IMG/VR virus record: IMGVR_UViG_3300024261_000008
Location: 1-64,000 of that record
Direction: 5' to 3' (one strand)
DNA: 64,000 nt
DNA from: an uncultured virus (IMG/VR IMGVR_UViG_3300024261_000008)
Lineage: Duplodnaviria; Heunggongvirae; Uroviricota; Caudoviricetes
Under the pieces are notes generated by a model that was not told the origin of the DNA, made no database searches, and was given only the letters and a program-made list of their open reading frames with translations. The translations under genes and the position numbers were made by a program. Positions within the stretch are counted from its first letter, which is position 1, and the number at the start of each line of letters is the position of its first letter. Of the stretch, positions 38,901-48,757 are shown one piece after another.

Positions 38901-41900
38901 AGATTAGTTTTCAAAACCCTAATGATTTACAAAGTATAGGTATTTGTTCAGAGCCGCAATATTTCGAGTTCCCAGCAGATCATATGTATGTCTATACGGG
39001 TCTACCTGTTACAGAATTTGAGACAGATGGAGTAGGAGATATACAGTTTACGTTGTCAGACCAGCCGCCTCAAGGATGGGTTAAACTTGATGGTAGTACG
39101 TATAACATCAATCAATATCCTGCACTCAAGCAATACTTAGATTACTACAGATTAAGATACACGAACTCTGATAACATTTGCTGGGCAGCTTCTACTTTGC
39201 CTGATTTTAGAAATGCAAATGTAATAGGATCGGGAGTCGCCCCTTGGAATAATTTAGGAGAACTAGTTGATGCAACTGGTTTTATTCCGCTTTCAGGTGA
39301 AGAACCCGATAATTATTACGACCCGCCTTTGAATGTAGTTGGCTTCTGGATTATGAAAGCAGAAGGCAGTTTCTTTGATCCAAATATTCCTATTAACTTA
39401 GGAGACTCAGGAAATATTAACTATGTCATAGATAATTTTGACTTAGGACCAAACTCTTGTAATAGCAGCAATCAAATAAGTTTTAGTACAACAGGCTGTA
39501 GAGTCAGATTAGACATATTGCAATTTTTAGAACCAGACTTGAGATTTAATGTGTCTGAATTTACTACCAATGACATATATCAAGTCTCTGGAATTAATCA
39601 CGACTACTATCAAGACCAAAACTACCCTTGTTCAGATGAACCCCTTAGTGATCAAACATTATTGTACACACCTCTTAATCCCGTAACCGTTAAACCAAGG
39701 GCTTATAATGGCAATTATGCTGTTGTCGTATCGCCAGATACCGAACTACTTAATTTTGAAACAGATAGTGGTGTTTTAGGACTGTATACTAAGGAAGAAC
39801 TTCGTAGCCCCAATAACCCACCTTTCCACTGGTGGCCTCTTGGTATTTATGTCAAGTCAGAGACAGATGGACAAGGCCCACTGTCAACTCCTGTAGCATA
39901 TACAAGTGGCTACTACAGTACGCCCAATAATCCCGGTTTTAGTAATGCACCAACTGGCTATGCTACATCAGAGTCTCCTTTAAGGGTTGAAGTTGGTAGT
40001 GATATTAACCCTAGTCCGTTTGCTTTCTATCATTGGTTCTATACAAATGAGTCCTTTGATTATGCACCATTCGATATTTTGGTCAGTGGAGACAGTAGCG
40101 ATCAAAACGATCCCACACAAGTTATTCTTCGTATATACGATGAAAATCATATTCTGGAATGGACCAGTTGTTTTAATGTTAATCAGGCTTCTCAAAATGC
40201 AGATGGATGCATAATATCTGACGGTAACGGCGGCGGTGATAGATATAATCTACCAAGTTTTTATCAACTAGAAATCGAATGGGTTAAAGAGCCATGTAAT
40301 GGCAGCACAGCCGGACCTCCATACAACGGATGGATACATACTTCAGTCAGCGGGGCTGCATTTACTTCAAGTCAAGGAACTTGTTACATTGTTGAGCCTG
40401 ACAATGCAAATACACAATTAAGAACTGACTTCAATCAGTATGCTGCAACAACATTTGACTTACAGCTTTATCAGCTACCTAGTGTGACAATGAGCAGCAA
40501 TTTCTGTGGAAATACTGACAGGGCTAACCTAAAATGGTTCACCCATGCACATAAAATGCACATAAATAACTTCAATACTCCAAGAAGTTACTTAGAGTAT
40601 GGTGATGAATTTAAGATTATTAAACTTAATAATGATACCAACTTTGGTGACAATGTAACTAATTTGCTTACCAAGATCAATCCGACCTCAGAAGACTCCT
40701 CATTGTCAGGTCTTTCTACTTCTGATGAATTATGCAGATATAAACCGTGCTATAAATACTCTAGCGATGAAATGTTTAATAGCTGGAGATATCCAGTAAT
40801 ATGGGGTACTCAAGAAACAAAGGGAGCAAACGACTACCCGTGGAGTTATGCACAGACTGATGGCCCGCCCTATGGTGCAGGTCCGACCAATGTAAATTCT
40901 TTTCCGCAAGGTGCTCCAGTTACAATGTTCATACAAGTGGAAAGCGATGCCCCACCGGGAATACCATATTATGCTGAAGCTGGTATACCGGGAGTTGGCT
41001 TCATAAGAGCAGATGAGAATACTCCTGTTGCCTCATTCACGACGAAATCTACTACAACGGACATAGGAGTCACAAGTAATATAGACAATAATATCAATCC
41101 TAATAATCCTTACTATGTTCGTTGGACTTTGTTTATTGTTGGTGGTGGTTTCCCGTATGCTTGGACAGACCCATTGGTGAACTATGCTATTCTGTCTACT
41201 ACCGAATGGCTGAATACTACTTATGGTAGCCTTAAATTAGATGTTGACGACATACATCATCTTCCAGCAGAATGGTGCAACACAGGGCAGTACGAAGACA
41301 AATACAGAAGCGTTAAACCCGTAGCTAATAACTTGGCTACACAAGTGCCGTTTACAGGAACCTGTGAGTTTAGTCAGAGTATCTCAGGAAGAATGTATAT
41401 ACCTGAAAATAATAACTTGTATTTCCATACTCATGGAGAAACTACGGCTTACTGGCCTTTAGATGAAAATGGAAGTGGCATACCCCATCAACAAACAGGC
41501 ATTTATATTATTGGAGATCAGCTTTCTTCAAGTAGTATAAATAGTTGTGGTTCTGGTTTAGCTTGCATAGAAATTTCAGGTTTTAACAATGTAGACCTTA
41601 CAGGTATACCTACTGTTGGAGATCGAGAAAACATAGGGGTCAATCCTATTGTTATTGAATCTAATGGTGTTACTGGCATCGTAGGAAACTATGGTGCAAA
41701 TAAACAGTTCTACTTTGACTTTGATGATGGACTACCACAACTTTCTAATGTCTATAATGTTATTGATTATGTAGATGGCAGAAAGAAAATAGTAATATCG
41801 GTTCCTGACCTTCCAAACCTATCTAACAAGTCTGGTTTGGTATTTATGATAGAAAATCCTAAGAACATTAAGAGTCATCTCAATCCTAATCTGAGTAATG

Positions 41901-44900
41901 AGTTTATCGTCAGCGATCCCACAGTGACTCCTGAAGAAATCTTCAGCACACAGATTAATCACTTCGATTACTGTACAAAGAGATGGAAACATCTACTACA
42001 TTTTGATTGGGATGTTATTGGTACAGGATATCAAGAGATCAAGATTAATACAGGGAACGAGGAGTCTGTTATTGACCTTTTCCCAATTCCACCAACAGGA
42101 ATAAGTATTTCTGGCATTAGATATACAGATAGCCTTAGCAACCCCTTCACAGACGTAACAGATATTACATCGGACAACACTAGAGATTCATTCTATGTGC
42201 AGTTAGTTACGCTTTATGGAACTCCCTCATTTACACAAGACATTTATCAAGACCTACCTAAAGTCACCATATCTGGCCTGCAAGACTTTGAGTATGAGTT
42301 AGACCCATTAACAGATGTAACAAACTATCATGGTTCTGGCTGGAATATTACCATGAAGGTAAATAGAACAAATGAAATTATTGATAGTAGAGAGATTGTC
42401 TTTAGAGCAGAAGACGCAACAGGCAAAGCAGATACAACAGCAGTATATAATCAAATATTCTTACCAGAACTCTTACAGTCCTATACAGGATATTCTTTGC
42501 CGGGAACCAATGATTGGGAAGTTATCTACGACACTCTCTATCTAGACCTAGACAACATCAACAATAATAATATACTAACCTTTGAGATGCAAGGTACGCC
42601 TACTGTTAATCCTATAAACATTACCTATGAAAGAGTCAGAGACAATGTTCTTAGGGTTTACGGTCCTGTAGACCCCGGCGTAGTCAGTACGACATATTAT
42701 AGTACTACCATTATAGCAAAAACAGGACTTACGCAAACTGAAGTCGCCAGATGTACTGGATTAGTTGTTGACTTGCGTGATGCTCATGATTGGACACCTG
42801 TCCCAATTACACTGAATAACTTTAGAAGTTTTGGAGAGAGAACAGACTCAGGAAACTTCTACGCACATTCTTCTGGTCAAGAATCATTTAAGTTTGATGT
42901 GCCACAACCACAAGGGAGCGTATTGTTTACTGTAAGCCATCTCAACCAAGACGATGTTTCGTCCGGTGTGCTTGGATACGAAATTTTATACTCATACAGT
43001 AATACTGAAAGAAGATTTAATGTAGAAATGATTCCTACGGGAACTGGAGAAGTTTATCCTACGGGGATGCAAGCACATTATCCAAATAATCAACTAGAAA
43101 TTGAAATGGAGTACGAACAATACGATGTCAATGGTCAACTTCAAACTCCAAACGCAAGAGAACAATCTTTCCCAATCTTTAACACAACTTTGTATACAGG
43201 TCTAATCATATCAAATTCCAACCCTGATACAATAAAATATTACAAGACAGATGAACCTTGGCAAATTCAGGTTAAGGTTAGTGGAGGCATAACAGACCAC
43301 AATCCTAGTCTTAGGCCAAATGTCAGAGTATTTAATGCTCCAAATAAAGGAAACTACGAAAAACCCAAAGAGCCGGTTGACTGTATAATCACATATCAAT
43401 ACCAAGATGACCCCGGTAATGCCTGCTGGCTAGTTCAAGCTAATGCCAGAAGAGACATCTTTGGTAATTACATGCCAAATAACACAGGTGAATTTCAGTT
43501 GTATGTGAATGTTGATGACACACTTACGGACTATGCCACACTTAATGATAGTGCAAATATTAATGATCAGTTTACTATCATATATACTAAGCCTTCTGGA
43601 TTTATTAATCTTCCTCCTACCGTTTATTCAGTTCCGGGTGCTCCGTTCTTTACTAAGTGCGATGTTCTGTCTCAAGACAGTGGTAATACTCCAAACATCA
43701 TTAGAACAAATCAGAGCGACCCCGGTTTTAATTTAACTGATGAATGCAATCCGGGCATGAAGTGGGATGGAGACTTCCCTTTATGGCAACGTGGATACAG
43801 AGGAACTACTACTTCTTCAGCATGGGATGCTAAAGTTGAGATTAGTACACAAGGCACAATTACTGCGTCTGTCAAGGGACTAGGTAAAGATAAAGTTATG
43901 GCTGTTGCCAAGGTTGAGTTCTTAGAGATAGAAAGCGACCAGTTAGTAGATGTTCCATTCAGGATTAAAGAAGTTACACCAGAAGAATCAGAGTCAGAAC
44001 AGTTCGGACAAGAAGGAATTATTGTAGAACAAGGAAAGGCTTGGCAACTACAAGTTACAACAGAAGGTGGACTTGCTGATGCTAGATATCCTCCAACTAT
44101 CGTTCTTACAGGAATGCCAACATTTTGTACAGGCTACAACCCTATGGATGGAGATTCTAATGATGACTTAGCTTGCATAGACGGTGAGCCATCATTTGGT
44201 AATGGAGAATGGACATTTAGATTTGAAGGTGAACCATCTTGCGACCTGCTTGGGATCAAACCATTTGGTATTCTAGCCATAGACACGCTTACTGGTATAC
44301 CTCCTAGCTACTTGGCTACAGATACTCATCAAGGTCAATTTATCTACGAAACTGGAGAGTTCTTTGTGTTGCCTCCTGAAATTAGCTTTACGGGTGAAAC
44401 TGACCTATATCCTTTCTGTGACATTTGCTATACAGGATATATAGACTTCGGACCTCAAGTTGAAGATGACCTAGACTGTAATAGCGTTACAGGAATCAAG
44501 ACTATCAGAACTAGTGGTACTTTGCCTGAAGGTCTAAGGTACGGTATTTATTTTCCTGCTGATCCTCCTACATTTCTAGGTAGCGGTCAACTAACTGGTA
44601 GACCTAATGGTGAAAGACAAATTACCCTAGCAGCACCTTATAATAATCTATCTAGTGGATACATTGCCATTACTGGATGTCCAACAGAGTTTGCTGGTGG
44701 AGGACCATATCCTGATGAGTTCTTTGCCGAAGTTTGTAATGCAGTAGACGAATGTGCTGATTTAGTAGTTACTTTTGAAGATGCTTCTAAACCTTTCGAT
44801 CCAAATTTAGACTTTGTATACTTCTTTAGCCAAACGGGTGCTGTACTTAGCCCTAAGAGTGGTGAAGATATTGTTGGTACAGGGCCAGTAGCTGGTAGTC

Positions 44901-47359
44901 GTGCTCCTAATGCACAGGAGTACAATGTAGAATGTCAGAGTATACTGCCTCATGCAGAATGCAAGGTTTTCCATGTGTTCTACAGTGGAAACAATGTTGA
45001 CTCATACATAAGTGGTATATATCCAGAAGGAACTTCTAATAACGACAAGATAGATTTACAGACTAACCCAAATAATTTTGTATACTTTAAAGACGAAGAC
45101 AACCCTCTTAACGATGGAAGATTCGCAGCAATACCTGCTCAGTCACCTTTTAATATTGATTTTGAGATAGTAGCTGTTGGACTAGCCAATGCTTCTACAG
45201 GAACAGGGCTACTCGTAGTAGAAGATATACTAGCAGGTTCTAACTCTTTAGATGTTGACAAACTGGATGACTACTTCCCAAGTCCTTTCAATACATCTAC
45301 TACTAAATGCGTATTAGGTGGTGGAGAGGTTGGATTTGGAACCATACAGGGTCAAGGAAATAAATATGGTCTTAGAGGACATATGATGCCAAGACTGTCT
45401 GGTTTCCTAAGTGGTGACGATGCAGTGTTTAAACAAGCCGATGAGTATATGTCTGGAGTTACATTTGTAGAAGTTAATGCAGACACAGATATACCTTTGA
45501 TAAGTGTATTAGAAGCGAGCGACTGTTGGCAAACCGGAGAAATGAGAATTAGTGGTGTCATTCCACCTTCAATTCAAGCCTTTATTACTGACCCTCCACC
45601 AGCAGCTAATACTAATTACTCTTCGTTGACTGATTCATTCTCATTCCTTACTCGACTTGCTTATGGAACTACTGCTAATCAGCAAAGTAAAACTGAAAAT
45701 CAAAGAACAGCAGGCTTACAATATAGAGTTTACAACATGACTCAAGGAGCCAATCAAATTACACAGGGGTTTGTAACTTCTAATAGTCCATTCCAATTTC
45801 AGCCCACACAAATAAGCGGGGTGGTTTATAGTGTTCAATTATTCAAACTAGGAGATGAATATCCAACTAATAACATTGATCACCAGAATTATACTGAAAG
45901 CTACTACACATGGATACACAAAGGATTAAATGCGAATGCAGCACCTACCGCAGCAGCGTTCCCACCAATATTCCCAACAGGATTTGGAAGTGGAGTGTTC
46001 GCAACCTTCGGATCGTCTACAAACATTGATGGTTTAGCTTATGGTGGATACACAATACCAACATCGTCACAAGAAACTATTATGATAAGTAATAGCGTCA
46101 GTCCTGTTCCTTACTGGCAAGACGGCTCTAATACTAATTGGTCTAACGCAGACTATCTACCTCAAATTAGTGGCATGGTACTTAGTCAGTTTGATAATGT
46201 TGATGGAGTGTGGGTAACTGGAGGCAGCGTAGATATACAAGCTGACCCAGATGTATTCACAATTCCTGTTCCAGATGATTTCGTGGAAGCAGGGTATCCT
46301 GTTAATATCGTAGTACAAACAAATCCAAATTCTGCACCGCAGCTTGATTATACATTTGTTTTAGAACAAAGTAATCTACTAGGAAGTAGTCCAGTAACAG
46401 GTATAACATTTGACAGCCCAATACCTTGGAACTTTACTTCTAATTTCCAAAACGATGATGTTACTATAGACAAGAGCATTTTACTAGTTAGTGGAATTAG
46501 ACAGGTGAATGGTTTTGATAGTCATCTAGTAGTAAGACACAGCGACACATCTTATAGTATTGGAGACCTTGTTGTAGTAGATTCTCCTAGCGGCACATCT
46601 GCTACTTATACTGCTTGTAATGCTATTGATCTAGAAATATCTGACGGCGACACCACTTCAATAGTTGTTTCACCTAAATCTCCAAACGCAACTAACGAGA
46701 CATGGTTAGACAGTCTTATAAGTCCAGATGATCTTGTGACTCTCTACAAACAAGAAGTTGGAGAGATATATGTTGATCCTAATAGTGTCAGTCTACAATC
46801 ACAAGGGATATATGAATACAGCATAGTAGGAACGCCCAACACCCTGTATAAAGACTATAACTTTAGAATAACAACATGCGAAAACCCAAATATGCCAGTA
46901 GCAGATACAAATATTGGTGGAGACCCTGATTTTGTTAAGCAGTCTTCTACAGACTATCCATTGTTTGTTTCCAAGCCAATATCTGTATTTAATACAACGG
47001 TCACAGGCACCAAAACTAGTTGGATTATAAGACTAGAAATAGAAGGTGGTTTGCGTCCAGTACAAAATAATAGCCCAAGAGTTCTATTAAAGTATGGTAA
47101 CAATTTACTAGGTACTCTTTGTGGTTTTGATAGAACAATAGACAGACTTAGACAAACGCCTACAGTAACTTCGCAAGATCAAGAACAAAGTGACAACGTA
47201 CTTCTAGATGAGTACGATGCACAAAATGACAGAATTATTATAGAACTCAGAGCAAACAGTGACTATGCATGGGGAGCACCAGCTAGTCCAACAGCAATTA
47301 CCGTAAGAATATCTGATATTACAGGAGAGGTAAACCACCAAGTACAATTACCACAATAA
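32900..47359 (+). CDS. Giant (~4819 aa) multidomain fibre/adhesin protein
   Basis: Start probably ATG 32900 (TAATG overlap). Collagen Gxy stretch, YTKVxxxxKG and ADxLxxQ fibre repeats, cadherin-like and tail-collar-like segments. Confidence 0.88.
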   Translation: MSCSVNVQQIIGPLNTLVIERQEDAGDPGSITTTNIIISNDVLQQIEVVDICRGTQGPSGPPGAEGPPGPSGLPGPTFDILPIVSGGTNNNSFSADYIIYYDGASDQLASSNYTIDDIIAGAQALTGIVEGSGIQKTDLGNNQIKLDAIVGDGLDVHRTTNAIFVDGTIARLDDLTPGQFQGVLPVSKGGTANTSYLDGKLITFDSTALNGSGQFISAGNLNADEIVVSGNGFTLAAGSGLVNGGFVIIPNGTGRIDIPESADITVFADSFELSQTGTPGTYTKVTTDSKGRVEAGGQLTPSDIYNILGYIPWHSGNDGCGSLLDADMLCGQSGDYYLDATNITGIINTGVLPDIMVDGRYTKVDVNTKGLVTSGMQMTPQDIEDILGYDPVRPTGGVDFCGDIELHGSLFINKPTGCPGATSGLLRVYDNMPLIARNNADIGVDEPRGVSFVYGGGFIARTGSIAYYPTEDVVYVTTNMTANNNGVDGGDSDDDFQDDVNGGDANSTFPISNLTGTKRLLLYKDTADELYVSLTKDQQIVAGFKKWINGIGVNDQVIIYDNDGNPTVPPTNVGSNTLLNVNFNADLLDSQHGEYYLDANNITGIFDPTKVSFGFIEGTKNYIPKFDGDNNPANIIRDSVMYEDGATRDITIGEEKNLIVGANQRNDQSPSTRNAMIGEDNGISSADNSLLVGQQNQVHDAKNVIAAGFKASGLKDNSIAHGKYGTTWLENQIAHGAYRVDDSNNLLIEHGQASDYMMYLEGQTATNWANLIPSVQLPDDTTLAFKVSMLMNSAFSTGVAEFEFYSGIVKNVKLRDPSNISEIINVTTIMQQPKKNEIYNNSHIHDYYLQLMCTELNEIQNETIKVNDSPIDLLPIRIDNEPTEIISKYEDPDGYNATYLKDNLGNMSITLDAASITGNYVGSTEGDLRVSCRDHGLLQGEYAYIEFTSHNQVSFPDDRYLVKSVVDENTFVLQGLHFRAEKQTDNSLGVLTILPDDIRKLDSANTVTMTGLTRIGTNGYEIRDDNQVGLNRFLSLASPDSHLEVTINNDPNAKHYCLYRNFSIDNFNRELLEVDSTDSSGTSVIRDISYKDYTYEFIRKAESLSVSGTASTVNWLNSNTTSLAKYVEGGNDAYTAITVNGDTYLSPITDNIEVIGPAPTGMSLYLAQTLSSVNDGDIVNISVTHTGVEGTLKVRQRQKHTGSYQRIQYNPNEQIDCVYTLYPSEDPALPARVHIYAEDYQDLGLLDNPYEFVLYDDLITPTDNDKFKIVSDNDVYYLYTAVDMPMSNISYTVEIRAINVYGEVDIDQILQVNVSDTLSLANNEKGLDSILLTNNTIATGTPADTYVGTISGNGGYNPYVVFDTPYNGFEATFVSGTDLVTCTGNIKKYDTTELIGDPCFLCSGSTISVDFKRFSVPDRTLEVLEVYCETGLAVSPVFNNSAVVKFVWTDPSQVGSVINTQTFNVNGSDIQYTVTDTGLPYGFEALAANTTVPEITGSFEPNIEWIEYTGLASELYDTASDVNYTTTTFTPSQPISGLQKDVGQAVLDFPTPVTGLVLWFRDIESSNSQDGYILQQDSFKIALEDSTGFIQNDSDYSNSGLLVADRPIYILEGSNALSNISDNIIPFSGASIDMIVCMTGVVSGEVRFSVLADAGTNYKVAVGELQQYTFNSNSNPVIRVSEVYEDTIDNQGAVITYTGTPIDSGNYIISGLKEGPVFRSCQENDDDGFFGYETQANGLCYVTGECKVYSSIVGPDGEGEAVYRVTFPENIYISYDSESYIQLSNWTPTDSNPNGEVLITPSDGHYPITEVSGISNNSFLIPEQYAIALPVDGTGLSSQGTVSGSFDIYHEYKSLPSNIINQVPGDFLTVERTYNPPVLDPDYRPKNDLFDILSIQGNRIITEDKKNYVLIEDDRPPYLDHTIRGIYTNDSREFYANVKRYGNRLIDLRFEKDLESRRLPYADGPWAYKDLYVGADYDHVNKRLILFNLPTGVYKPMDRIQISFQNPNDLQSIGICSEPQYFEFPADHMYVYTGLPVTEFETDGVGDIQFTLSDQPPQGWVKLDGSTYNINQYPALKQYLDYYRLRYTNSDNICWAASTLPDFRNANVIGSGVAPWNNLGELVDATGFIPLSGEEPDNYYDPPLNVVGFWIMKAEGSFFDPNIPINLGDSGNINYVIDNFDLGPNSCNSSNQISFSTTGCRVRLDILQFLEPDLRFNVSEFTTNDIYQVSGINHDYYQDQNYPCSDEPLSDQTLLYTPLNPVTVKPRAYNGNYAVVVSPDTELLNFETDSGVLGLYTKEELRSPNNPPFHWWPLGIYVKSETDGQGPLSTPVAYTSGYYSTPNNPGFSNAPTGYATSESPLRVEVGSDINPSPFAFYHWFYTNESFDYAPFDILVSGDSSDQNDPTQVILRIYDENHILEWTSCFNVNQASQNADGCIISDGNGGGDRYNLPSFYQLEIEWVKEPCNGSTAGPPYNGWIHTSVSGAAFTSSQGTCYIVEPDNANTQLRTDFNQYAATTFDLQLYQLPSVTMSSNFCGNTDRANLKWFTHAHKMHINNFNTPRSYLEYGDEFKIIKLNNDTNFGDNVTNLLTKINPTSEDSSLSGLSTSDELCRYKPCYKYSSDEMFNSWRYPVIWGTQETKGANDYPWSYAQTDGPPYGAGPTNVNSFPQGAPVTMFIQVESDAPPGIPYYAEAGIPGVGFIRADENTPVASFTTKSTTTDIGVTSNIDNNINPNNPYYVRWTLFIVGGGFPYAWTDPLVNYAILSTTEWLNTTYGSLKLDVDDIHHLPAEWCNTGQYEDKYRSVKPVANNLATQVPFTGTCEFSQSISGRMYIPENNNLYFHTHGETTAYWPLDENGSGIPHQQTGIYIIGDQLSSSSINSCGSGLACIEISGFNNVDLTGIPTVGDRENIGVNPIVIESNGVTGIVGNYGANKQFYFDFDDGLPQLSNVYNVIDYVDGRKKIVISVPDLPNLSNKSGLVFMIENPKNIKSHLNPNLSNEFIVSDPTVTPEEIFSTQINHFDYCTKRWKHLLHFDWDVIGTGYQEIKINTGNEESVIDLFPIPPTGISISGIRYTDSLSNPFTDVTDITSDNTRDSFYVQLVTLYGTPSFTQDIYQDLPKVTISGLQDFEYELDPLTDVTNYHGSGWNITMKVNRTNEIIDSREIVFRAEDATGKADTTAVYNQIFLPELLQSYTGYSLPGTNDWEVIYDTLYLDLDNINNNNILTFEMQGTPTVNPINITYERVRDNVLRVYGPVDPGVVSTTYYSTTIIAKTGLTQTEVARCTGLVVDLRDAHDWTPVPITLNNFRSFGERTDSGNFYAHSSGQESFKFDVPQPQGSVLFTVSHLNQDDVSSGVLGYEILYSYSNTERRFNVEMIPTGTGEVYPTGMQAHYPNNQLEIEMEYEQYDVNGQLQTPNAREQSFPIFNTTLYTGLIISNSNPDTIKYYKTDEPWQIQVKVSGGITDHNPSLRPNVRVFNAPNKGNYEKPKEPVDCIITYQYQDDPGNACWLVQANARRDIFGNYMPNNTGEFQLYVNVDDTLTDYATLNDSANINDQFTIIYTKPSGFINLPPTVYSVPGAPFFTKCDVLSQDSGNTPNIIRTNQSDPGFNLTDECNPGMKWDGDFPLWQRGYRGTTTSSAWDAKVEISTQGTITASVKGLGKDKVMAVAKVEFLEIESDQLVDVPFRIKEVTPEESESEQFGQEGIIVEQGKAWQLQVTTEGGLADARYPPTIVLTGMPTFCTGYNPMDGDSNDDLACIDGEPSFGNGEWTFRFEGEPSCDLLGIKPFGILAIDTLTGIPPSYLATDTHQGQFIYETGEFFVLPPEISFTGETDLYPFCDICYTGYIDFGPQVEDDLDCNSVTGIKTIRTSGTLPEGLRYGIYFPADPPTFLGSGQLTGRPNGERQITLAAPYNNLSSGYIAITGCPTEFAGGGPYPDEFFAEVCNAVDECADLVVTFEDASKPFDPNLDFVYFFSQTGAVLSPKSGEDIVGTGPVAGSRAPNAQEYNVECQSILPHAECKVFHVFYSGNNVDSYISGIYPEGTSNNDKIDLQTNPNNFVYFKDEDNPLNDGRFAAIPAQSPFNIDFEIVAVGLANASTGTGLLVVEDILAGSNSLDVDKLDDYFPSPFNTSTTKCVLGGGEVGFGTIQGQGNKYGLRGHMMPRLSGFLSGDDAVFKQADEYMSGVTFVEVNADTDIPLISVLEASDCWQTGEMRISGVIPPSIQAFITDPPPAANTNYSSLTDSFSFLTRLAYGTTANQQSKTENQRTAGLQYRVYNMTQGANQITQGFVTSNSPFQFQPTQISGVVYSVQLFKLGDEYPTNNIDHQNYTESYYTWIHKGLNANAAPTAAAFPPIFPTGFGSGVFATFGSSTNIDGLAYGGYTIPTSSQETIMISNSVSPVPYWQDGSNTNWSNADYLPQISGMVLSQFDNVDGVWVTGGSVDIQADPDVFTIPVPDDFVEAGYPVNIVVQTNPNSAPQLDYTFVLEQSNLLGSSPVTGITFDSPIPWNFTSNFQNDDVTIDKSILLVSGIRQVNGFDSHLVVRHSDTSYSIGDLVVVDSPSGTSATYTACNAIDLEISDGDTTSIVVSPKSPNATNETWLDSLISPDDLVTLYKQEVGEIYVDPNSVSLQSQGIYEYSIVGTPNTLYKDYNFRITTCENPNMPVADTNIGGDPDFVKQSSTDYPLFVSKPISVFNTTVTGTKTSWIIRLEIEGGLRPVQNNSPRVLLKYGNNLLGTLCGFDRTIDRLRQTPTVTSQDQEQSDNVLLDEYDAQNDRIIIELRANSDYAWGAPASPTAITVRISDITGEVNHQVQLPQ

Positions 47360-47360
47360 T

Positions 47361-48530
47361 ATGGCAACAGTAATAGTAAATGAAAACCGACCATCAACTT
47401 TAGAAATTACAACTTGCGTTGCGAGTTGTCCCGGTATCGGTACGTCTGTAGATATTATACCTAGTACACAAGGTCAAGTTGGTGTTATCATAGCAGAAAA
47501 AGGAATCCCCGGCCCACCCGGGCCACCCGGATTGCAGGGACCACCCGGCACTGGAGAGAAGGGAGATAAAGGAGATGCGGGAGACGAAGGCCCACAAGGT
47601 CCAGTAGGAGCAGGACTGCAACGCATAGATATTACAGATAATATTGAGACAATATCTCTTACCGACCCTTTATTAGAATCTATTTCAATAGTAGGAACAA
47701 CAGGTAGCTATGTAGATATTGACTCAGCAAACAACATTATTACCATATCGTCCGAACAAGTAAATGGCAATTACGCACCCATCAACCATACTCATCCTCA
47801 CACAGACATTACAGATTGGACTGAAGCAGTACAAGATACTATGGGTGACACCCTAGAGGCTGGTTATGGTATAAAAATTGTATACAATGATGCAGACTAC
47901 AACAATATTGTTATTAGTAGTACTGGTCTGACCGTAGGAACAAATGTACAGGCTTGGAATGTAAACCTACAAGAAATATCAGATTTAAGTGTGACTGACA
48001 ACAAAATATTCTTTGGTGATGGAGTAGATAGTATTTCTCTAATAGATTTTAGTGACCTTGCTGTAGACTTGGTAGCAGAACCATCACAACAAGGAATGCG
48101 TGATGTTTTAGGCCTAGGTACTTCCGCAACAGAAGATGATACTAAATATGCTGTGATTGATGGAGGAAATGCTTTTACAGGAGGGGAACAAACATTTAAT
48201 GACTTTGCTATTAGTAGATTTTCTGCTAATATTGTTAATGTAACGACAAATACTTTTACTGTTACTCAAGCACACAACGGTAAAGTATTAACTTTTAGTT
48301 CAAACACAGGGCCAATTATAGTTGACTTTGATGCTAATTTACTAGCCGGTTTTAATTGTTTGGCAGTACAGATGGACGTAGGACAGGTAAGATTTAATAG
48401 CGTAGTTAACAGATATAGTGAAACTAAGTTAGTAGGACAATACTCAATAGGAACTCTTGTTAAAGTGCTTTCTAATCCTTCAACTATCATTCTATCTGGA
48501 GATGTAACTTTATATGATGGAGGCCCATAA
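47361..48530 (+). CDS. Collagen-repeat fibre protein
   Basis: GIPGPPGPPGLQGPPG...; HTHPHTDITDW; ends YDGGP. Confidence 0.8.
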   Translation: MATVIVNENRPSTLEITTCVASCPGIGTSVDIIPSTQGQVGVIIAEKGIPGPPGPPGLQGPPGTGEKGDKGDAGDEGPQGPVGAGLQRIDITDNIETISLTDPLLESISIVGTTGSYVDIDSANNIITISSEQVNGNYAPINHTHPHTDITDWTEAVQDTMGDTLEAGYGIKIVYNDADYNNIVISSTGLTVGTNVQAWNVNLQEISDLSVTDNKIFFGDGVDSISLIDFSDLAVDLVAEPSQQGMRDVLGLGTSATEDDTKYAVIDGGNAFTGGEQTFNDFAISRFSANIVNVTTNTFTVTQAHNGKVLTFSSNTGPIIVDFDANLLAGFNCLAVQMDVGQVRFNSVVNRYSETKLVGQYSIGTLVKVLSNPSTIILSGDVTLYDGGP

Positions 48531-48757
48531 TGGTATACATTTTGCCTCCTTTTTATGGCATACAAAGTAGAGACAGTGAAGCTAAAAGAGAACAAAATCT
48601 AAAACTTAAAGTGTATTACATTGGCGTAGATGTATTTTGCTATGGTGACACGGCACTACAAAGTGATTATGGAGACCCGATCAATCCTGTCTCATCTCAA
48701 AGTCTTGCATTTTATCAAAAGATAAACTCTTCTGACCACGACAGAGGAGATATATAA
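48530..48757 (+). CDS. Small hypothetical virion protein
   Basis: TAATG overlaps at both ends. Confidence 0.65.
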   Translation: MVYILPPFYGIQSRDSEAKREQNLKLKVYYIGVDVFCYGDTALQSDYGDPINPVSSQSLAFYQKINSSDHDRGDI

